Part shown: positions 16,481 to 23,344 of the stretch, in pieces | Layout of the letters: the number at the start of each line of letters is the position of its first letter | How positions within the stretch are numbered: the first letter of the stretch is position 1 | Assembly (NCBI GenBank): GCA_001774105.1 | Contig: MEYT01000005.1 | Span: 3,826 to 42,592 of the forward strand | Length of the DNA stretch: 38,767 nucleotides | Origin: Candidatus Azambacteria bacterium RIFCSPLOWO2_01_FULL_46_26 | GTDB lineage: Bacteria > Patescibacteriota > Minisyncoccia > UBA9936 | Direction: 5' to 3' | Notes under the pieces: generated by a model | The model's input: the letters and a program-made list of their open reading frames with translations, nothing else | Databases searched by the model: none | What the model was told of the DNA's origin: nothing | Made by a program: the position numbers and the translations under genes

Positions 16481-18337
16481 TTATCTAAGATTTTCAATAA
16501 ATAATTCTTTCGCGTAATTCCAAAATTCAGGGTGGTTCTGTTTTTCCTTCATCCAATACCACCATTCCGCGCCCCAAAAATAATTTTCCGAAAAGCCGGC
16601 GGTTTTGGCGTAGGCGATATTTTCCTTAAACTGCTCAAAATTCATTGACTTCATCTGCTCTTCAAGAGACGATTCATAGAGCAATTTCGGCCCCCATGGT
16701 TCGGCTTGAAGTTCAACAACGATAATCCGTTTTATGTCGGCGAAATAACCGGCAAAATTCGCCTTCAGATGAAAAAATTCCGGAGGCAAAGGATATTTTA
16801 AATAGCCGCCGAAAGGCATATTCTTATGCCAGACGACTCTGTACATTGTCGTCCCAAAAATGTCGGCCCTTCTTGCCGCACTGACCCAGGCGCTCAATTC
16901 TCCGCTGTCTGAAACGATTATGGGTCGATTATCCAGCGACTTAACCAGTGTAATTTCCTTATCAAGCAAATCCACGTCCATCGGCGGGCATTCGCCGAAA
17001 GGCAGAAACGGTTCGTTTTCAACCTGCCAGGCCCAAATCGCCGGATTATCTTTATAGCGCAAAATAACATTTTTTATATAATTTAATAAGGCGTTTTCAA
17101 AATCTTTATTTAAAAATTGGGAATTAGAAATTGGAAATTCCCGCACCCACTGCGGGATATGGCATTCCGGCCATCTCGGCAATTTTTGACCGACCGCCAA
17201 AATTACTTTTGCTCCTCTTTTTTCCGCCTCTTCAATCTGCCAGTCCAAATCCTCAAAAGAAAAAACTCCTTCGCTCTTCTCAATCTCCGGCCAGTAAGCG
17301 ATCAGACGAAGGCGTCTGACTTTCAAATCGTCAAGAATCGCCAGATAGGCCGCGCGCCAATCCGCGACCATCTTTTCGGCAAACGGCTTGCTGAAAGAAA
17401 CGCCCCACGATCTCGCTCCTGGCGCCAAATCGGCCGGTTTTTGAATTAGGGCAAGAATGAATAAACCGGCGACAATCAAAATAATCGCGAAAGTTTTTCT
17501 GAAGATTATTCGTTTCGTCAACTCTTCTTTCAAAATATCCGGCCGTTTCAGCGTCAACAAAACGGTTAAGAATAAAAGAAACACGTATTGCAGTCCTTGC
17601 GCACCCTGAACCAAACTGACGCTGCCCAAAAAAACGGCGTAATTCAATAAAATAAAATAAGCGGCGGCAACGATTTTATTGCCTGCAAAAAGGCCGATCG
17701 TTTTTATTTCAATCCCTTTAAGATGTTCGTAGATGTCCCGCCTGACGTTCGGCAAAGCAAACAAAAACAAGCCGGCCGCGAATTCTCCGAGCCGGCCCAA
17801 AATGTAAGCGTTCAAAAAACCGGCGCCCGAATAAGCCGTTTTTATCAAAACCCAGGAAACCGCCAAAAGAAAAGAACCCGCGGAACTTAGAAGCAAAATT
17901 CTGAAAGAAAATTTTGCGTCCGATTTCCGAAAAGCAATCAGCCATCCGCCCGCCACCAAAAACAGAAACGCCAAAACGCTCAAAGCGTTCAGTGTTTCAA
18001 TTAAAAACAAAGAACTTAAAAGCAAGGTGAAAACGGCGGTTAACGTTCCGGACAAAGGGCCGACTCGCCCGATTTCGTCAAGTCGGGCCGCTTTGTAATA
18101 AAAAATCAGCGACAAAATAAAAATAAAACCGCTGGCAACGCTGAGTAAAGCGGCCCAAAGAGGCATGCTGAAAGAAAAACCGAACGGCATCAACGCCAAA
18201 GCGTAGATGCCGACCAAACCGACGTAAGAGGCGTACAAAGATGGCTTCGGAATCGGCTTGGCAAGAATAATTTTATCCAATACTAAAACAAGCGAGGCGA
18301 GAAAATAAGCAAAGGTGGCAAACACTAACCAGGACAT
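16481..18337 (-). CDS. Fusion protein: N-terminal 10-TM DMT/EamA-like transporter-type domain and C-terminal clan GH-A (TIM-barrel) glycoside hydrolase domain
   Basis: Residues 1 to about 300 contain about ten hydrophobic helices in two EamA-like halves. Residues from about 310 on read YWPEIEKSEGVFSFEDLDWQIEEAEKRGAKVILAVGQKLPRWP, WQVENEPF (acid/base NEP) and IIVVELQAEPWGP (candidate nucleophile), the pattern seen in GH5/GH42-type enzymes. Confidence 0.75.
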   Translation of the reverse strand: MSWLVFATFAYFLASLVLVLDKIILAKPIPKPSLYASYVGLVGIYALALMPFGFSFSMPLWAALLSVASGFIFILSLIFYYKAARLDEIGRVGPLSGTLTAVFTLLLSSLFLIETLNALSVLAFLFLVAGGWLIAFRKSDAKFSFRILLLSSAGSFLLAVSWVLIKTAYSGAGFLNAYILGRLGEFAAGLFLFALPNVRRDIYEHLKGIEIKTIGLFAGNKIVAAAYFILLNYAVFLGSVSLVQGAQGLQYVFLLFLTVLLTLKRPDILKEELTKRIIFRKTFAIILIVAGLFILALIQKPADLAPGARSWGVSFSKPFAEKMVADWRAAYLAILDDLKVRRLRLIAYWPEIEKSEGVFSFEDLDWQIEEAEKRGAKVILAVGQKLPRWPECHIPQWVREFPISNSQFLNKDFENALLNYIKNVILRYKDNPAIWAWQVENEPFLPFGECPPMDVDLLDKEITLVKSLDNRPIIVSDSGELSAWVSAARRADIFGTTMYRVVWHKNMPFGGYLKYPLPPEFFHLKANFAGYFADIKRIIVVELQAEPWGPKLLYESSLEEQMKSMNFEQFKENIAYAKTAGFSENYFWGAEWWYWMKEKQNHPEFWNYAKELFIENLR

Positions 18338-18358
18338 ATTTATAAAAAATTCTACTTT

Positions 18359-19612
18359 TTAATTTTCAATACCATTATTTTTGCAAATTGCAGCGTAAAC
18401 TTTGGCGCTCGGGCGGATTGTTCTTGCCATTGTTTTGTAATCAACCTCAACCAGCCCGAATCTCGGCCAAAAGCCCCGCACTTCGGGAAATTCAAAATTA
18501 TCCAAGAGCGACCAATAAAAATAACCCCGCACGTCAACGCCGTCTTCAATTGCTTTGTGAACCATTCGCAAATGTTGAGTTATAAATTCTTCCCGTTTGT
18601 CGTCTTTCGCGTCAGCGATTCCGTTTTCGGTAATGTAGACGGGCAAATTATAATTTTTTAAATTCTTCAAAACATAATAAATTCCTTCCGGAACAATTTC
18701 CCATCCCAAATCGGACACCGGTTTTTGTTCTTCCGCCCCGAAAGAAAACCCGACCAAACGGCGCGTATAATAATTAACTCCCAGAAAATCGCTGAATCCG
18801 CTTACGTTTTTAAAAAACCGGCGGTTCCAGAAATAATCGGCAACGGAAACGATGACTCTGTTAACAAAAAAATTATTTTTAGGTTGGAAATATATGACGC
18901 TGTTGGCGGACCCGACTTTCGCCGTTTCGTCACATTTATGGATGATTTGATGCGCTTTTTTGTGCGCGTCCGTTAAATTATTGAAAACCTTGATTGCCTT
19001 GAAAATATTTTTTACTCCGGGCGGCTGATTTCCGCGAATGTAACCCAAGGCCGCGTAAATGTTCGGCTCATTGACGACAATCCAAAACTTTACGCCGTCT
19101 CCAAAAGACGCGGCTAATTTTTCAACATAGCGGCCGAAATAATCTATTGTTTTTTTATTTTCCCAGCCGCCGATATCCCGAATCCACAACGGCTGCGTCC
19201 AATGCCACAGCGTCACAAACGGCTCAATCCCCCGCTCACGAAGCGTTTTGACTACTTTTTTATAATGCTCAATTTCTTTTTCGTTAAATTGCCCCTCCTC
19301 GGGCTCAATTCGCGACCACTCAACGGAAAAACGGTGGGCATTATGTCCCAATGATTTGGCGATATCAAAATCTTCTTCAAAGCGATTATAATGATCGCAC
19401 GCCTTGCCCGAAATATAATTTTCCGAATTAAACATCTCGGGAAATTTATCTTGCTGCCATTTCCGCCAATACTTTTTTGCTTCTTTCGCCAGCCGTACGG
19501 CATTTTGTCTTTCCGGCTCGCTCCAATCGTTTACGTTGTTTCCCTCAACCTGATGGGCCGAGGTCGCGGATCCCCAAAAAAATCCTTTTGGAAACGCTAC
19601 GTTTTTTTTCAT
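18359..19612 (-). CDS. GH1 family beta-glucosidase / beta-galactosidase
   Basis: FPKGFFWGSATSAHQVEGN, WIVVNEPN (acid/base) and VYITENGIAD (nucleophile); 417 aa with no signal peptide. Confidence 0.92.
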   Translation of the reverse strand: MKKNVAFPKGFFWGSATSAHQVEGNNVNDWSEPERQNAVRLAKEAKKYWRKWQQDKFPEMFNSENYISGKACDHYNRFEEDFDIAKSLGHNAHRFSVEWSRIEPEEGQFNEKEIEHYKKVVKTLRERGIEPFVTLWHWTQPLWIRDIGGWENKKTIDYFGRYVEKLAASFGDGVKFWIVVNEPNIYAALGYIRGNQPPGVKNIFKAIKVFNNLTDAHKKAHQIIHKCDETAKVGSANSVIYFQPKNNFFVNRVIVSVADYFWNRRFFKNVSGFSDFLGVNYYTRRLVGFSFGAEEQKPVSDLGWEIVPEGIYYVLKNLKNYNLPVYITENGIADAKDDKREEFITQHLRMVHKAIEDGVDVRGYFYWSLLDNFEFPEVRGFWPRFGLVEVDYKTMARTIRPSAKVYAAICKNNGIEN

Positions 19613-19620
19613 ATGGTTTA

Positions 19621-19735
19621 GACCCCTCGCTGCGCTCGGGGTAAAGGTTTGCTTGCTAAATTTCCTTCGCCCTTCGGCAAGCTCAGGGCTCGTAAATTTA
19701 GAGCAAGCCCTTTAATTTTACCACCAAACAGAAAC
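19621..19735. other. Structured intergenic element (nested inverted repeats); candidate small RNA, leader or REP-like repeat
   Basis: GCTTGCTAAATTT (about 19650..19662) pairs with AAATTTAGAGCAAGC (about 19694..19708). These enclose GCCC...GGGC around CTTCGGCAAGCTCA. A CCCC(11 nt)GGGG element lies at about 19623..19641. No plausible coding potential. Confidence 0.4.
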
Positions 19736-19768
19736 AAAAACACCCCCGCTTTCGCGGGGGTGTTTTTA
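19736..19768 (-). terminator. Intrinsic terminator of the RRM-protein gene (usable from either direction)
   Basis: ACACCCCCGC (19740..19749) pairs with GCGGGGGTGT (19754..19763) around a TTTC loop. There are A-runs on one side and T-runs on the other. Confidence 0.8.
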
Positions 19769-19786
19769 AAAACTGAAAGATAAATC

Positions 19787-20095
19787 TTAGTATCTTCTTG
19801 AATCACGATCGCCGCCGAATGTTCTTCGCGGTCTTTCGCTTCTCTCAGTCATCGGTTTTGCCTCGTTAACCACAATCTTCCTGCCGTCCTGCTCTTGGCC
19901 GTTGAATTTATCAATGGCGCTCTGAGCTTCCTCCGGCGTTGACATCTCCACGAAGCCGAAGCCTCTTGAGCGTCCGGAAAACTTATCGGTCATTACCTGA
20001 GCGGAAGTTACGTTTCCGACTTCCGAAAATAACGACTTCAAAGAATCACTGGTGGTTGAGTAAGGCAAATTGCCTATATACAATTTTGTACCCAT
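19787..20095 (-). CDS. Glycine/arginine-tailed RRM-domain RNA-binding protein
   Basis: RNP2 (LYIGNL) and RNP1 (RGFGFVEM) motifs are present; about 102 aa from ATG 20095 (MGTKLYIGNLPY). Confidence 0.9.
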   Translation of the reverse strand: MGTKLYIGNLPYSTTSDSLKSLFSEVGNVTSAQVMTDKFSGRSRGFGFVEMSTPEEAQSAIDKFNGQEQDGRKIVVNEAKPMTERSERPRRTFGGDRDSRRY

Positions 20096-20154
20096 TTTTC
20101 TCAAACAAATTACCTAATTAACTACTGGCCCGACCTTCTAAAATGGGCGGCCTG

Positions 20155-20223
20155 CTTTTCAATGAAGAACACTCGCGACTCACTGTCAAGCAAACACTGC
20201 TCCGCTTATCTTTTCAATGAAGA
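20155..20223 (-). promoter_or_regulatory. Two identical 14-nt boxes in the promoter/leader of the RRM-protein gene
   Basis: CTTTTCAATGAAGA occurs at 20155..20168 and 20210..20223 (55-nt period). Each box has a TCAaTGA palindromic core. The proximal copy overlaps a candidate -10 (TTCATT on the minus strand) lying 17 nt downstream of TTGACA (complement of 20184..20189). Confidence 0.4.
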
Positions 20224-20294
20224 TAAAAATATTTTAGATTTAGCCAATACTATGCCAAGCTTATATTATATTTGTCTTTTTGTCAAGTTCCGGG

Positions 20295-20693
20295 TCAAAT
20301 CAAATAATCTTTCAGAATTTTTCTCATTTTTTTCGGATTGCTCGCGGTCAAAGCCACGAAAGCGTGATTTTTTTCCCGGATGACGATGTGGGTCGTTTTT
20401 ATGTCAATTTTCGCCTCTTTCAATTTTCGCGCCACCGCGGCCAGAGCGCCCGGCTTGTCCTTTATTTTGATGACGACGCCATCTTCCACCAAAGGAGTAA
20501 ATCCCGCTTTTCTTAACGCCTTCAGCGCCCCATAGTCATCCTTATCGGCCACCGACAGCGTGACAATGCCCTTGTCTCCCACAACGTGAGACGTGATGTC
20601 CGTAATGTTTATGTTTTTTTCTTTCAGTGTGTCCGTGATCCGGGACAAAACGCCGACTTCGTTTTCGCAAATTATCGTAAATTCTTTCATCAT
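20295..20693 (-). CDS. Tandem ACT-domain protein (small-molecule-binding regulatory domains only)
   Basis: A 132-aa protein with two beta-alpha-beta-beta-alpha-beta-like repeats: FTIICENEVGVLSRITDTL...ITDITS and IKIKDKPGALAAVARKL...IDIKT. Confidence 0.75.
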   Translation of the reverse strand: MMKEFTIICENEVGVLSRITDTLKEKNINITDITSHVVGDKGIVTLSVADKDDYGALKALRKAGFTPLVEDGVVIKIKDKPGALAAVARKLKEAKIDIKTTHIVIREKNHAFVALTASNPKKMRKILKDYLI

Positions 20694-20705
20694 AAAAAAA
20701 TTATT

Positions 20706-21815
20706 TTACTTTTTTGAAGCTTGAAGTTCGTGAATGAGACCGTTGATCCTTTTTTTATCCGCATGCGGCATAACCAAAATGTGGGCCAGATCTCCCTGAA
20801 CGGCAAGCTGCCATTTATTGACGATTTGATCGTCCGGTCTTTTCAACACCACGGTATTATAGTTTTCGTTCGCCCAGGCCGGCCAATTTATTTCTTTCAA
20901 TTTTTTCAAAGCGTAATCGGTCATCGCCAAACAATGTCCGACCCTTTGCTCAAAACCTTTTAAGCCGAGCTTTTTAATCGCCAGCCATAAAATTAAAACC
21001 GAATGGCCGTTTCTCGAGCCGCTTAACGTCGTATCCAGTATTCCGACGTATTCAATCGCCCGTTTTATTCTTTCCGCGTGTTTTTTTCTGGCGATCACGA
21101 CGCCGCAAGGCATTGGGGAACCTATCATTTTATGGCCGGAAACGGCAATTGAACCGATCGGCAGGCGAAAATCAAAAAGCGGAGCGCTTTTGACGAAAGG
21201 CAGAATCATCCCGCCCAAGGCGGCGTCGCAATGTATGTAATATTTTTGAACGCGATTTTTTTTCAAAATATCCAATATCTTCTCAACTTTGTCCACCGCG
21301 CCTTTCATCGTCGTCCCGATGTTTGCCACGATAATCGCCGGCGATTCCCGCTTTATCGTCAGCATTTTTCCCAAGTCGTCGTAATCAATCTCTCCGTTTT
21401 TTTGGGATCTTATCATTATGCTCGGCATGTTCAGAACTTTGACTGTTTTGGAGATGCTGTAGTGTGTGTCTTCCGAAAAATAGACGATGCCGCCGGGATT
21501 GGCTTCCCGAGCCAGATAAAGTCCGTACATATTGCTTTCGGTGCCGCCGTTGGTCACGTAGCCCCAAAATTTTTCCCTGTCGACGCGGTACAAATCGGCG
21601 AAAAAACAAAGCACTTCCCTTTCAAATTCATGCGTGTTCACCCGATACAAACTGTCGCCGAAAGGATCGCCGACGTTATTTATCGACAACGCGAAAAATT
21701 CGTCCAATTCCGGATAGTCGTAGGCCAGATTGCAGGGATAGCCCAAAAAATACCGGGAGGCCTCTTTTAAATTTTTATAGAGAACCTTTAATTTTTTCTT
21801 TTCGATTTCGCGCAT
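20706..21815 (-). CDS. Group II PLP-dependent decarboxylase of the histidine-decarboxylase (Gram-negative HdcA / plant serine decarboxylase) type
   Basis: A 369-aa protein with WGYVTNGGTESNMYGLYLARE, DTHYSISK, HCDAALGGMILPF, SGHKMIGSPMPCGVVIARKKH (PLP lysine) and LSGSRNGH. By recall it is collinear with enterobacterial PLP-type HDC. Confidence 0.85.
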   Translation of the reverse strand: MREIEKKKLKVLYKNLKEASRYFLGYPCNLAYDYPELDEFFALSINNVGDPFGDSLYRVNTHEFEREVLCFFADLYRVDREKFWGYVTNGGTESNMYGLYLAREANPGGIVYFSEDTHYSISKTVKVLNMPSIMIRSQKNGEIDYDDLGKMLTIKRESPAIIVANIGTTMKGAVDKVEKILDILKKNRVQKYYIHCDAALGGMILPFVKSAPLFDFRLPIGSIAVSGHKMIGSPMPCGVVIARKKHAERIKRAIEYVGILDTTLSGSRNGHSVLILWLAIKKLGLKGFEQRVGHCLAMTDYALKKLKEINWPAWANENYNTVVLKRPDDQIVNKWQLAVQGDLAHILVMPHADKKRINGLIHELQASKK

Positions 21816-21823
21816 ATGTGCGA

Positions 21824-22561
21824 TTACAATTCGCCTTTTTTAACCAATTCGGCGACTAAATTATTGGCGCGCAAAAGTTCATCGTATGACGTGCCGGCGT
21901 CAATCCACCAGCCTCCCATGATTTCGTACGACATCGTTCCTTCGCGGATGTAGAGATTGTTCAAATCGGTAATCTCGATTTCTCCGCGAGACGACGGCTT
22001 CACTTTTTTAATCAAATCAAAAACGCGGTCGTCATACATATAAACGCCGGTTTGGGCGTACTTTGATTTCGGTCTTTTCGGCTTTTCTTCAATCTTCAGC
22101 AATTTGCCGTTTCCGCCAAAAACCGGCACGCCGTATTGCGCGCAATTTTCCATTTCCTTGAAAAATATCTTCGCGCCTTTTTTTTGTCTTTGGAAATCCG
22201 AAACCGCTTTTTTGAGATTGTGCCGGAAAATATTGTCGCCCAAAATCATCAATATCTTATCTTTGTCTTCGGCAAAACCGCGGGCCAAAGAAAGGGCCTG
22301 CGCCAAGCCGCCCGCTTCTTCCTGAATTTCGTAAGAAAGCCGGAGACCGAACGTCTGCCCCGAGCGCAATAAATTCATAAAGTCGCCGCAATGCTCCGAG
22401 GAAGTGACGATCAAAACGTCTTTAACGCCCGCTTTGGCCATTGCCTCAAGCGGGTAAAAAATCATCGGCTTTGAATAAACCGGCAAGAGATGCTTGTTTG
22501 TCACGAAAGTCAGCGGCCTCAACCGCGTCGCCTTCCCTCCCGCCAAAATGACGCCTTTCAT
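21824..22561 (-). CDS. Sugar-1-phosphate nucleotidyltransferase, short RmlA-like (glucose-1-phosphate thymidylyltransferase type)
   Basis: MKGVILAGGKATRLRPLT..NKHLLPVYSKPMIFYPL, GGLAQAL, ILGDNIF, EEKPKRPKSKYAQTGVYMYD and SSRGEIEITD; 245 aa. Confidence 0.85.
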   Translation of the reverse strand: MKGVILAGGKATRLRPLTFVTNKHLLPVYSKPMIFYPLEAMAKAGVKDVLIVTSSEHCGDFMNLLRSGQTFGLRLSYEIQEEAGGLAQALSLARGFAEDKDKILMILGDNIFRHNLKKAVSDFQRQKKGAKIFFKEMENCAQYGVPVFGGNGKLLKIEEKPKRPKSKYAQTGVYMYDDRVFDLIKKVKPSSRGEIEITDLNNLYIREGTMSYEIMGGWWIDAGTSYDELLRANNLVAELVKKGEL

Positions 22562-22570
22562 GTTAAAAAT

Positions 22571-23326
22571 TTATCCAAAAATTATTTTCGCGATTTTCTT
22601 GCTCATCGCGACGGGATCCGCGTGCTGCCAGACGTTTCTTCCGACCGCGGCTCCGGTGCCGCCGGCGGCCATGACGTTCTTCACCGTCTCCAAAAACTCC
22701 TCTTCGTTTTCCGTTTTCGGCCCGCCGGACAAAACCACCGGCATTTTCCCGGCCGCCTTCACCGCCCATGTAAAACTTTCTTTTGAACCGGAGTATTTAA
22801 TTTTTGCCATATCGGCCCCCAATTCCAGGGCGACGCGGGCGGCGTAAGCGATGATATCCGGCGCGGCGTCGTCTTTTATGTCTTTACCGCGCGGATAAAC
22901 CCAGGTGATCGCCGGCGCGCCGTGGCTATGCGCGTCTTTGACGATTCGCCCGAATTCCTGAAACATGGTTGATTCATATTGAGAGCCGGCGTAAATGGTA
23001 TAGCCGACCGCCGAAGCGCCCAAATCCATTGCCTCGTCAACGCCACAAACTTGAGGAGAGTAGACCTCGCCCTTGCACAGATTTGTTTTTCCGTTGAGCT
23101 TTATGATAAGCGGTATCAATTCCTCGTATTTGCTTCCGGTATAATACTTTTCCGCGACCCCTTTTTGCAAAATCACGGCCGTAAAACCGCCGTTGACGGC
23201 AATGTCAAGGATGTAATTCGGGTTAATGTTTTTTTCGTTGAAATCGGCCGGCCCGTGTTCAAGCCCCTGATCGTAAGCCAAAAACATCGCCTTCCCGTTT
23301 TTTGTGATTTTATCCAATGAAATCAT
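22571..23326 (-). CDS. Class I (archaeal/DhnA-type) fructose-bisphosphate aldolase family protein
   Basis: A 251-aa DeoC/FbaB-like TIM barrel with AYDQGLEHGP, IKLNG and ELGADMAKIKYSG (candidate Schiff-base Lys). The ADH-synthase paralogue cannot be excluded from sequence alone. Confidence 0.78.
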   Translation of the reverse strand: MISLDKITKNGKAMFLAYDQGLEHGPADFNEKNINPNYILDIAVNGGFTAVILQKGVAEKYYTGSKYEELIPLIIKLNGKTNLCKGEVYSPQVCGVDEAMDLGASAVGYTIYAGSQYESTMFQEFGRIVKDAHSHGAPAITWVYPRGKDIKDDAAPDIIAYAARVALELGADMAKIKYSGSKESFTWAVKAAGKMPVVLSGGPKTENEEEFLETVKNVMAAGGTGAAVGRNVWQHADPVAMSKKIAKIIFG

Positions 23327-23344
23327 GTATTTGAAAATTAAAAA

